Shown piece by piece: positions 19,102 to 27,656 of a DNA stretch of 64,000 nt (position 1 is the first letter of the stretch; each line of letters starts with the position of its first letter). This DNA comes from Actinomycetes bacterium (GTDB lineage: Bacteria > Actinomycetota > Acidimicrobiia > Acidimicrobiales > Palsa-688), in assembly GCA_021809105.1 (NCBI GenBank), contig JAKBAM010000002.1, forward strand, positions 201,025 through 265,024, given 5' to 3'. The position numbers were made by a program, and so were the translations under genes. The notes below the pieces were generated by a model. It made no database searches and was not told the DNA's origin. It saw nothing but the letters and a program-made list of their open reading frames with translations.

Positions 19102-20067
19102 TCAAAACAAGCCGTCGCCGTCCCCACCGAACCCTCCGCCACCGAACCCTCCACCGCCGAAGCCGCCACCTCCTCCCCAGCCGCCACCCCCTCCACCGAA
19201 TATCTCGTCTGCGATCGCTCCGCCGAGGAGGCCTCCGAGCAGGCCACCACCGATGCCGGAGAACAGCCCACCCCGCCGGCCTTGCCCGATCTGAGGATAG
19301 GACTTGATCATCGAATCGAGGAACGAGGGAGGACGCCCCTGGTCGGGCTCTGTGGCCCGGGAGCGGTGTGGGGCGTCGGCCAAGCTCGGCATGGCGATTA
19401 CCTGGCCTACGTAGAAGTAGGACTCGATGGCGTGCTTCAGGCTCGCCTCGACGGCCTCGTGCAGCTTGGCTGGCGGTGCCCCCTCCCCGGGCCACAGGCC
19501 ATTGGCGTAATCCGCCGCCGAGTTGGCCTCCGCGAACCCCTGCGCTACGACTTCGGTGGCGTGGCGCTGCGTCGGGCCGGGGTCGAACCCCGCCATGACG
19601 GCCTCGGCCTGCTCTCGCAGCCGAGCTGCGGCCTGCCTGAAGGCCAGGAGGTGGGCCTGCGGGCAGGGCTCCACTTCCACCCACTCGGGCATGATCTCCG
19701 GCACGGGAACGTCGAGGCGGTACGAAGGGTTGGCTCTGGCTGCTTGGGCGCGCCCCATCCACGACTGCACCGGCTCGTAGAAGGCCATGGCCTGTTCGGC
19801 TGTGACCCGGGGGAGGTAGTGGGCGGTCGAAGGGTCGATGGCCGCATCGGTGTCGAGCATCTCGTCACCGAGCACCTGCAGGGCGAAGGCCACCCAGCCG
19901 GCGAGCAACGCCGCCTGGATGTTCGGACGGGACGCTTCCGACCTCATCTCGTCCAGCTCCAGGATGTAGCTGTAGACGCCACGGCCGGCCGCTCGGTAGG
20001 GGTCGATGCCCTCGCGCGAGACCTCCCCGTGTGTCGACGCCTTGAGCTTCTCACGCCAGTTGGACAT
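19102..20067 (-). CDS. hypothetical protein with C-terminal glycine-rich tail ([10 protein letters not shown] repeats)
   Basis: GGAGG RBS 7 nt before the ATG at 20067. The tail reads ...GGLFSGIGGGLLGGLLGG...GGGGWGGGGGFGGGGFGGGGFGGDGDGLF and is encoded by tandem nucleotide repeats near 19111-19215. Same strand as FTR1, directly upstream of it. Confidence 0.55.
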   Translation of the reverse strand: MSNWREKLKASTHGEVSREGIDPYRAAGRGVYSYILELDEMRSEASRPNIQAALLAGWVAFALQVLGDEMLDTDAAIDPSTAHYLPRVTAEQAMAFYEPVQSWMGRAQAARANPSYRLDVPVPEIMPEWVEVEPCPQAHLLAFRQAAARLREQAEAVMAGFDPGPTQRHATEVVAQGFAEANSAADYANGLWPGEGAPPAKLHEAVEASLKHAIESYFYVGQVIAMPSLADAPHRSRATEPDQGRPPSFLDSMIKSYPQIGQGRRGGLFSGIGGGLLGGLLGGAIADEIFGGGGGGWGGGGGFGGGGFGGGGFGGDGDGLF

Positions 20068-20138
20068 CAAAGACCTCCGAGCAATGTCATTTGCAGCCAG
20101 GCTACTTCGCATGCGCGCTGGCTAGTGTCGGGTCGGTG

Positions 20139-20522
20139 AAGGACGTTGCGGTACACGCAGACCTCGCAGTGCGCTGGTTGGTGGCTCGCGCCGCCCAGCT
20201 CGTGGACGATCGGGACTTCGACGCGGCGCTGCACCTGTTCGCCGACGACGGCTTGGTGATCCAGGGCGGCGAGCGCCACGCGGGCCGCCAGGCGATCAGG
20301 TCGTGGCTGGAGGCCCGGCCGTCGCCGGCACTGCACCAGGTGACCAACCTGGTCGTCAGCAATGGCTCGCACGATGGAGTGCTGCACGCCGTCAGCGACT
20401 TCGTCGTGCTACGGCCGGCCGATGGTGAGTGGCGAGTGTCCGGGGTGGGCCGCTATCACGACACCCTCGCCGGGATAGGTCGCGAGGTGCATTTCACTCA
20501 ACGGATCGTCACGCTGCGCTGA
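20139..20522 (+). CDS. NTF2-like / SnoaL-like domain protein
   Basis: The small alpha+beta pattern LVDDRDFDAALHLFADDGLV is typical of SnoaL_2/DUF4440. Start uncertain (GTG 20139 chosen; ORF begins at 20091). Confidence 0.45.
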   Translation, partial: KDVAVHADLAVRWLVARAAQLVDDRDFDAALHLFADDGLVIQGGERHAGRQAIRSWLEARPSPALHQVTNLVVSNGSHDGVLHAVSDFVVLRPADGEWRVSGVGRYHDTLAGIGREVHFTQRIVTLR

Positions 20523-20535
20523 GCGCTCGGCTCCT

Positions 20536-21388
20536 CTAAAACTGCTCACGGTGCCGTTGTCGCCGTGAGCGACCGTCGGGGTCGTAGACGGTTCCATACA
20601 GTGCTCGGGCCCAGAGCGGGTCCCTGTGGCCTGCCGCCGGAGGGGGCATGATGCGCAGGCGCCCCGCCGGCCGGGGTCGCATCCGCACCGCCTGGTTGCG
20701 GCCGACCGCGTTGAGGGGAAGCGACAGCACCCCGTCTCGGTCCGGGTGCAGCGGGAGCACAGCGACGAGTAAGAGCCCGGGACGTGACCGCAATGCGTCG
20801 CAGAAGGTCGCCTCTATGTCGCCGACCGCGGGCCCGCGGACTGCCAGCTGAAGGTCGTGCCAGGGCGGTCGGCGGCCGTATACCGTCGCCATCGGTTGGG
20901 ACTGTGGATCGCCATCGTGGTCCCGGTCGTCGCGCCTGCTGTGGCACAGGTCGATGCCCCCGAGGAAGGCCACATCCAACCAGGGGCGTTGCGGGTGGCG
21001 CAGCACGACGAACTTCTGGTGGTGAGAACCACCCGGCCGGACGCGCATGTCGAGCAGGCAGACGCCGCCCGCGGCTTCGATCTCCTCGCCGAGATGGCGG
21101 TTCTCCCGATCCGAGAAGCGCAGCCGGTCCATGTGAGACCGCCAGATCAAACCCCGGACGATCACCCCGCTCCCCCGCTCGGCACAACAGGCCGCCGACG
21201 GTGTCGTCCCCCGCGGCCAGGCGCTCGTCGGGGTCACCGCGCCAGTCCGTGAAGAGGAGGACGTCACCGTCGACTTGTGCCTCGACGGCCTCGGCCAGCG
21301 CTGCGAAGTAAGCGCTCCCATGCACCAGCGGCCGGACGTCGTTCCCAGCCGTCCATCCCGGATCTCCCCGCCGGCGCCGGCCGAGCAT
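20536..21388 (-). pseudogene. phospholipase D-like (HKD) protein, frameshifted
   Basis: The N-terminal PLD-like segment (NDVRPLVHGSAYFAALAEAVE...VLLFTDW) is in one frame. The HKD motif (GGSHHQKFVVL...GGIDL) is in a second frame. The frames switch at a G-run near 21165-21185. Only one HKD is present, and the usual second HKD is absent. Confidence 0.6.
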
Positions 21389-21452
21389 GGTGGCCCCGTT
21401 GGCGCGTTCGCTGGCACTCAGGAACCAGGCAGCGGCCGCCGTCGCCTCCTGC

Positions 21453-22352
21453 TTACCTAAACTTCGCCGGATCCCTTTGGGCGTCCATTCGCTCCGCAAC
21501 CCGCTTGAATCGACCGATGCGGGCGACGGCGCGATCTCGGGCGGACTCGCCCTCGGCGCCCAACCCCTCGACGGTCTCGATGCGCCAATGGTTGATCACC
21601 ACCGGCAAGAGCACCTGCTCGTAATGGACTCCGAAGTCGTACACGCCGGCGGCGGCAATCGCAGCGGCGTGCTGGGCGAAGCCGTCAATGCCGCTCCCCG
21701 GCATCTCGAAGGCGCTGACCTGGCGGTCGATGGCCATCACGGCGTCGTCGGGATCGAGAGCCAGCGCAGCGCTCACCATGTCCCGGTAGAAGAGGAAGTG
21801 GAGGTTCTCGTCGGCTGCGACCCGGCGCAGCACCGCTTGTCCGGTCGGCTCGAGCAACTCACCGGTGTTCCAGTGGGAGATCCTGGTGGCGAGCTCCTGG
21901 AGGGTCAGGTAGACCAAGCCGTCGGTGACGGTGTGGGCCTTCTGCCCTGGGCGGAAGCCGGAACAGAGCTGGCGCATCCGGGCTCGTTCCAGCGCCATCA
22001 AGTCGAGCGTCCGGGTCACACACACCCAGTCTCGGATGACCGTGGCGTGCCGTTGTTCCTCGGCCGCCCACCGCCGGCTCCATTCGCCCATGGCCGAATC
22101 GGGGGGAAAGGCCGTAGCTATGACGTGGAAGTAGTGGGGCAGGTTGTCCTCGGTGAGCAGCCCTACCCACAGGGCGCTAGCAGCTCCTGGCGGTAGCTGC
22201 CCGGCCTCGTCGCCGAGGTCGCTCGGGCTGAAGTCACGCCCGGCTCCCCACGGCACCAGCTGATGGGGGAACCACTCCTTGGCCCGTACGAGGTGTCGCT
22301 CGAGCAGGCCACGAGCGGTGTCCTCGAGCACCTCTGGCAGAGACATGGTCAC
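21453..22352 (-). CDS. acyl-ACP desaturase (DesA-type soluble di-iron desaturase)
   Basis: EEQRH di-iron ligand motif (EENRH-like) and ferritin-like fold signature. Confidence 0.85.
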   Translation of the reverse strand: MTMSLPEVLEDTARGLLERHLVRAKEWFPHQLVPWGAGRDFSPSDLGDEAGQLPPGAASALWVGLLTEDNLPHYFHVIATAFPPDSAMGEWSRRWAAEEQRHATVIRDWVCVTRTLDLMALERARMRQLCSGFRPGQKAHTVTDGLVYLTLQELATRISHWNTGELLEPTGQAVLRRVAADENLHFLFYRDMVSAALALDPDDAVMAIDRQVSAFEMPGSGIDGFAQHAAAIAAAGVYDFGVHYEQVLLPVVINHWRIETVEGLGAEGESARDRAVARIGRFKRVAERMDAQRDPAKFR

Positions 22353-22365
22353 CGGGCGTCGTTCT

Positions 22366-23280
22366 TCATGCGCCGGCCGGGGCAGAACCGTCGACGAGTG
22401 CGTCGGGGCGGCGCTCGAAGCCGAACCTGTACAGCGTGCAGATGCGGCGGTCGAACATCGCCCTCGAAACTCGGAGGTAGCGAAGGTAGCGCCGGTAGGT
22501 ATCGCGGCCGACCATCTCCGTGGCTTCGTCGGCGCTGGCCTCGAGCCGGCGTTGCCACAGCTTCAGGGTTTGCGAATACTGTGCCCCGTCGCTGCGGTAG
22601 GCAACGAGGCGAAAGCGCGTCTCGGCCGCGCTGATGATCTGCCCCAGACGTGGCAGAGACGACTCCGGGAAGATTTCTTCGGTGAAGAACGACGAGACCG
22701 CGCCGGCGGAAGGATCGAAGTCCTCGTAGGCGATGGTTTGCAGTGACATGCCGCCGCCGGGCACCAGCCATCGGGCACACAGGTCGAAAAAATGGGCGTA
22801 GACGCCGGAGCGCGCGGCGTCGTCGAGGTCCTGTCGCGCAAAGTGCTCGAAGGCACCTATCGAGATGATGGCGTCGTACGGACCGTCCGGGCGATGGTCG
22901 CGCCAGTCCTCGAGCCGGATTGCCGTCGTCTCGGCCGGCGCCACCGATGCCGCCTGGTCGGAGCTCAAGGTGAGCCCGGTGACGTGGGCGGCGCGGCGTT
23001 GCTCGGTCAGGTAGCGCAGGTTGGCGCCCCAGCCACATCCGACGTCGAGCACCTTCGTGCCTGCACCTACGCCTGCCGCGCTGGCATGCCAGGCCAGCTT
23101 CGCCTGCTGAGCCGCCTCCAGGTCATCGTCGAGCGGACCGTCCCACAAACCACACGAGTAGACCATGGCTGTGTCGAGCCAGAGGCGGTAGAAGTCGGCG
23201 CCCACGTCGTAGTGATGCTCGATCGCCACTTGAGTGGCTCCGGTAGAAGTCGCCGAGCGGTCGACGCGGGGGCGGGCCAC
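22366..23280 (-). CDS. cyclopropane-fatty-acyl-phospholipid synthase family SAM-dependent methyltransferase
   Basis: HYDVGADFYRLWLDTAMVYSCGLW plus the SAM motif VLDVGCGWGA. Lies 13 bp upstream of the desaturase. Confidence 0.8.
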   Translation of the reverse strand: MARPRVDRSATSTGATQVAIEHHYDVGADFYRLWLDTAMVYSCGLWDGPLDDDLEAAQQAKLAWHASAAGVGAGTKVLDVGCGWGANLRYLTEQRRAAHVTGLTLSSDQAASVAPAETTAIRLEDWRDHRPDGPYDAIISIGAFEHFARQDLDDAARSGVYAHFFDLCARWLVPGGGMSLQTIAYEDFDPSAGAVSSFFTEEIFPESSLPRLGQIISAAETRFRLVAYRSDGAQYSQTLKLWQRRLEASADEATEMVGRDTYRRYLRYLRVSRAMFDRRICTLYRFGFERRPDALVDGSAPAGA

Positions 23281-23359
23281 GCTCGGAACCTAGCGCGATT
23301 GCCTCTCTAGTAGAGTCCGCCCTCCCGGGAAGCGGTTCGGGTTCGGTAGCCGGGAGAGC

Positions 23360-24586
23360 ATGGTGACAGGTGGCGAGGCGACGGTGAAGGGATTGCTCTC
23401 AGAGGCGCGCCTGGCGCCCCCCCACGAGCTGCCCGGCATCCTGAGCCGCCACCTGGCGGCGGTTGGCTGCGCGGAGGCCTTGGCCTACCTCGCCGACCTC
23501 CAACAGAACGTCTTGATCCCCTTTGTGGACCCGGATGAAGTCGAGGGTCAGGCGACGCCGCTAGCAGTGGACTCGACCTTGGCCGGTTGGGTCTTCCAGC
23601 GGATGGAGGTGCAGGTCCAGGAGCTTCCGGGTGGGGCGGCGCGGGTGTGGTTGCCGATCGTCGACGGCGCTGAGCGGCTCGGCGTGCTGGCTGTCAGGGT
23701 GGACGACAGGGCGGTCGTGGCCGGAGAATCCGAACCGCTCCTGGACGAGTTGCACAGCGTGGCATTGCTGCTGGCGGAGTTGATCGTGACCAAGACGCTG
23801 TATGGGGACACGATCGTGCGCCTGAGACGCCAGGCCGACATGGGTTTGGCAGCGGAGATCCAGTGGTCCTTGCTGCCACCGTTGACTTTCGCCAGCACGA
23901 ACCTGGCGATCGCAGCCACCCTCGAGCCTGCCTACGAGGTCGCCGGCGATACGGTGGACTACGCGATCAACTCCGATCGGGCGCACGCCGCCGTGTTCGA
24001 CGCGATGGGACACGGGATGCAAGCCGCACAACTCGCGGTGCTCGCCGTGGCTGCCTACCGGCACGCCCGCCGCCGAGGACGCCCGCTGGCAGAGACGGCC
24101 ACAGCCATCGACGGAGCTGTCAGCGCGGCCTTCGGCGGGGACGCCTTTGCGACCGGCGTCCTGGTCGAGCTGGACACTGCGACCGGCGCCATGCGCTGGC
24201 TCAGCGCTGGTCATCCGGAACCACTTCTCCTGAGGGAGGGCGCGCTCGTCAAGACGCTCCACGTGGAGCCGGTGCTGCCATTCGGGTTGAGCTCGCTGGC
24301 GCCCGGCGTCGGCCCTTCCGTGGGGACCGAGTCCCTCGAACCCGGCGACCGGGTGGTCTTCTACACCGATGGCGCGGTCGAGGCACGTTCGCCGGCGGGG
24401 GAGTTCTTCGGCATCGCGCGACTTACCGATTTGATACTGCGCCACCTGGCCAGCGGCCTGGCCGCTCCGGAGACCATGCGCCGCGTCACCCGAGCCCTCC
24501 TCGAGCACCAGCAGGGCCAGCTCGATGACGATGCGACGCTCCTGCTGGTGGAGTGGCGCTGCGACGAGGGCATGTTCACCTTCTGA
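23360..24586 (+). CDS. GAF domain-containing PP2C-family (SpoIIE/RsbU-like) serine phosphatase
   Basis: C-terminal PP2C motifs AGDTVDY...DAMGHG...VFYTDG. The N-terminal region looks like a GAF. Confidence 0.75.
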   Translation: MVTGGEATVKGLLSEARLAPPHELPGILSRHLAAVGCAEALAYLADLQQNVLIPFVDPDEVEGQATPLAVDSTLAGWVFQRMEVQVQELPGGAARVWLPIVDGAERLGVLAVRVDDRAVVAGESEPLLDELHSVALLLAELIVTKTLYGDTIVRLRRQADMGLAAEIQWSLLPPLTFASTNLAIAATLEPAYEVAGDTVDYAINSDRAHAAVFDAMGHGMQAAQLAVLAVAAYRHARRRGRPLAETATAIDGAVSAAFGGDAFATGVLVELDTATGAMRWLSAGHPEPLLLREGALVKTLHVEPVLPFGLSSLAPGVGPSVGTESLEPGDRVVFYTDGAVEARSPAGEFFGIARLTDLILRHLASGLAAPETMRRVTRALLEHQQGQLDDDATLLLVEWRCDEGMFTF

Positions 24587-24592
24587 ACGGCC

Positions 24593-27460
24593 TCACGTCG
24601 GCAGGTGCTCAGCCAGAAGCTCGGCGAGGTGCTTGGAGCTGCGCCCGGCGAGGTGCTCGAGCTGCGTACGGCACGAGAAGCCGTCGGCGAGGATGGTGCA
24701 GTCGCGACCAGCGGCGGCGACTGCCGGGAGGAGCGCCGTGTTGGCCACCGCGACCGAGACGTCGTAGTGGCCCCGTTCGGCGCCGAAGTTGCCGGCCAAT
24801 CCGCAGCATCCTCCGACAGGGGTGATGCTCGCCCCGCTATCCGCGAGGAGTTGGGCGTCGGGACGCCAGCTCATCACAGCGTTTTGATGGCAGTGTGGCT
24901 GCGCCACGCCGGATGTGGCATCCATGCGGGGCGGCGTCCAACCTTCGGTATCGGTGAGCAGCTCGGCGAGCGTACGGACCCCTTCACGGGCCTTGTGGGC
25001 GCGGGCATCGCCGGGCAGCAGCCGGCTGGCGTCGTGGCGGAGCAATGCAGTGCAGGACGGCTCCAGGCCCACGACCGGGATGCCCCGAGCCAGCGGTGCC
25101 TCGAGGCTGTCGAGGCTCGCCCGGAGGTGGCGCCGAGCGGTGCCGAGCTGCCCGGTGGAGACCCAGGTGAGGCCGCAGCACACCCGCCCCCCGGGGATCG
25201 ATACCCGGTAGCCGGCGTCCTCCAGGACCGCGACGGCGGCTTGTCCGATCCGGGGGGAGAAGTGGTCGGTGAACGTGTCGACCCACAGGACGACGGGACG
25301 CCCGCCGCCAGGCCCCACGTGATCGGCGAACCAACGCCTGAACGTCGTTGGCGCCAGTTGCGGGAGAGGGCGGCGCTGGTCGATGCCACCGAGTCGGGTG
25401 GCGATTGCGCTGAGGCGAGGGGCGCCCGCCAAGGCGTTCGACAGGCGCGGCGCCAAGGCTCCGAGCCGGAGCCAAAGGGGTAACCAGCCTAGGGAGTAGT
25501 GCGCCGGGGGCCGCACTCGGCCCTTGTAGCGCTGGTAAAGAGCTTCCGCCTTGTAGGTCGCCATGTCCACCCCCGCGGGGCAGTCCCGAGCGCACCCTTT
25601 GCATCCCAGGCACAAGTCGAGCGATTCGGCGACAGCGTCGGACCTGAATCCCTCGACCAGGGAGCCGTTGGCCAGGTCCTGCAGCACCCGAGCCCGGGCT
25701 CGGGTCGAATCCTTCTCGTCCCGGGTGGCCAGGTAGGAAGGGCACATGACCCCGCCTGACCCGGTCAGGTCGGACCGGCACTTGCCCACCCCGACGCAGC
25801 GGTGCACCGCCGTCGAGAGATCGTCGGAGTCGTCGGGATAGGCAAATCCCAAACCGGCGGTGAGCGGACGCGTCGCGGGCACCCGCAGGCTGGCGTCGAC
25901 GGGGGCAGGGTCGACCACGACGCCCGGGTTGAGGGACCGGTCCGGATCGAACACGCCTTTGACAGCCGCCATGGCAGCGATGGCGTCGGGCGAGTACATG
26001 AGCGGCAGCAGCGCGCTGCGCGTCCGCCCGTCTCCGTGCTCCCCCGACAATGAGCCGCCGTAGGAGGCGACCAGCCGGGCCGCGTCGGTGACGAAGCCGG
26101 TGTAGGTCGTAGGCTCGGTGGCGAAGGGAAAGTCGATGCGGATGTGGACGCAACCGTCACCGAAGTGGCCATATGTGAGGCCGCTCAGCAGGTATTGATC
26201 CATCAGGCTGCGGAAGTCCCGGAGGTAGTCCGCCAGGCGGTCGGGGGGCACTGCGGCGTCCTCCCAGCCCGGCCACGCCGGGCGGTTGTCGAGGGTCCTG
26301 CCGGCCAGACCTGCTCCGTCTTCCCGTACCCGCCACAAGGCAGCGGCCGCCGGTCCGCTCAGGATCGCACTGCCGAGACCGCCGGCATCAGCTGCGAGCT
26401 TGTCGCCGGCGGAGCGAGCTTCGGCCAAGTCGTCGCCGCCGACCGCGACGAACAACCAGCACCCGCCGGTGGGCATCGGCGGAAGGGCAGCCGAGCCTCG
26501 CCGACGAACGACCTCGACGAGGCTCGCGTCGATGGCCTCGAGGGCGACGGGACGGTGGGGGAGGATCCCCGGCACCGCCTCTGCTGCGGCCGGCAGGTCG
26601 GCGTACCCGACGACCACCAGGGCCTCCACCGCGGGCTGTTCGGTCAAACGCACCGTGGCGCCCACCGTCGTCGCCAGGGTCCCCTCGGTACCGACGAGGA
26701 AGCGGGCCAGGTGGCAGGGATCGCTGGAGAGCAGGTGCTCCAGGGCGTAGCCCGAACCTTGGCGGCTGAAGCGCCCGAACTCCCGCCCGATGACGTCGCG
26801 GTGAGCGTCGATCAGAGCGCGCAGCGGGGCACCGACGGCCTCGGGCGCGGCGGCGAGAGTGGAGGCGGCGAAGCGCACGCCGTCGCCTGTGACCACGTCG
26901 AGCTCCACGACGTTGTCGCTACAGCGGCCGTAGCGCAACGCACGCGACCCGCACGCGTTGTTGCCGAGCGAGCCACCGATTGTCGCTCGAGAATGAGTCG
27001 AGGGGTCGGGACCGAAGCGAAGGCCGTGCGGTGTCGCCGCGGCGGTGACGGCATCCAGGATGGCGCCCGGTTCGACCACCGCCTCCCGCCGATCCGGATC
27101 CACCGACAGCACCCGGTTGAGGTGCCGGGAGAAGTCGATCACGATGCCCGTGCCGACCGCGTTCCCGGCGATGGACGTGCCGGCGCCGCGGGAGGTGACC
27201 GGGACCTCGTGCTCGTGGGCAACGGCGAGGATCGCCATGACGTCGTCGGCGTGGCTGGGGAAGGCCACCACGGCGGGCACGACCCGGTAGTTGGAGGCGT
27301 CCGATGAGTACTCCACCCGCCGGCGGAGACTGGCGTCGGACCCGGCGACCCCGGCTGTTCGCAGCGCCGATGCCAACTCCGTGCTGGTGGCGTGCCTCAC
27401 TGCTCGGTGTCCTTGTCGGTCGGGAAAGGGAGCCATACCGTAGTCGAGGTTCGCCGGCAT
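24593..27460 (-). CDS. FAD-binding (PCMH/GlcD-like) and Fe-S (CCG, GlcF-like) fusion oxidoreductase
   Basis: N-terminal FAD-binding type 4 domain, then 4Fe-4S CxxCxxCxxxCP (CLGCKGCARDCP), then two CCG cysteine-rich domains. 955 aa. Confidence 0.85.
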   Translation of the reverse strand: MPANLDYGMAPFPDRQGHRAVRHATSTELASALRTAGVAGSDASLRRRVEYSSDASNYRVVPAVVAFPSHADDVMAILAVAHEHEVPVTSRGAGTSIAGNAVGTGIVIDFSRHLNRVLSVDPDRREAVVEPGAILDAVTAAATPHGLRFGPDPSTHSRATIGGSLGNNACGSRALRYGRCSDNVVELDVVTGDGVRFAASTLAAAPEAVGAPLRALIDAHRDVIGREFGRFSRQGSGYALEHLLSSDPCHLARFLVGTEGTLATTVGATVRLTEQPAVEALVVVGYADLPAAAEAVPGILPHRPVALEAIDASLVEVVRRRGSAALPPMPTGGCWLFVAVGGDDLAEARSAGDKLAADAGGLGSAILSGPAAAALWRVREDGAGLAGRTLDNRPAWPGWEDAAVPPDRLADYLRDFRSLMDQYLLSGLTYGHFGDGCVHIRIDFPFATEPTTYTGFVTDAARLVASYGGSLSGEHGDGRTRSALLPLMYSPDAIAAMAAVKGVFDPDRSLNPGVVVDPAPVDASLRVPATRPLTAGLGFAYPDDSDDLSTAVHRCVGVGKCRSDLTGSGGVMCPSYLATRDEKDSTRARARVLQDLANGSLVEGFRSDAVAESLDLCLGCKGCARDCPAGVDMATYKAEALYQRYKGRVRPPAHYSLGWLPLWLRLGALAPRLSNALAGAPRLSAIATRLGGIDQRRPLPQLAPTTFRRWFADHVGPGGGRPVVLWVDTFTDHFSPRIGQAAVAVLEDAGYRVSIPGGRVCCGLTWVSTGQLGTARRHLRASLDSLEAPLARGIPVVGLEPSCTALLRHDASRLLPGDARAHKAREGVRTLAELLTDTEGWTPPRMDATSGVAQPHCHQNAVMSWRPDAQLLADSGASITPVGGCCGLAGNFGAERGHYDVSVAVANTALLPAVAAAGRDCTILADGFSCRTQLEHLAGRSSKHLAELLAEHLPT

Positions 27461-27548
27461 CCCTGAGAGGCCCGTTCATCCGGCAACCGACAGGAGTCGG
27501 GCCCCGCGACCGTCGCATCCTGGCTGCCCGAAGGGGTAGGTGGAAGGT

Positions 27549-27656
27549 ATGGCCACCACAACCCGCGTCATCCAAGCACCGGCAGAGGCGGTCTGGGCGA
27601 CGCTGGCTGACCTTTACCTCTGCGCCGGCGGCGTGGTCGCCGCCGAGTCGAGGTGA
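27549..27656 (+). CDS. 35-codon ORF resembling the N-terminus of an SRPBCC (START/Bet v1-like) protein; probable gene remnant or leader ORF
   Basis: Strong RBS GGTGGAAGG before the ATG. The product MATTTRVIQAPAEAVWATLADLYL matches the SRPBCC consensus. Its TGA overlaps the GTG of the downstream oxidoreductase (GGTGA). Confidence 0.25.
   Translation: MATTTRVIQAPAEAVWATLADLYLCAGGVVAAESR

Noticed and set aside
19093-20139. 348-aa plus-strand ORF
   Set aside because: It is antisense to the Gly-rich-tail protein gene. The encoded poly-Gly tail on the minus strand, together with its RBS and ATG, is the coherent reading.
24984-27307. 389-aa minus-strand and 387-aa plus-strand ORFs inside the FAD/Fe-S oxidoreductase locus
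   Set aside because: They are alternate or antisense frames of the 955-aa oxidoreductase, which carries FAD-binding and CCG-domain motifs. They have no motifs of their own.
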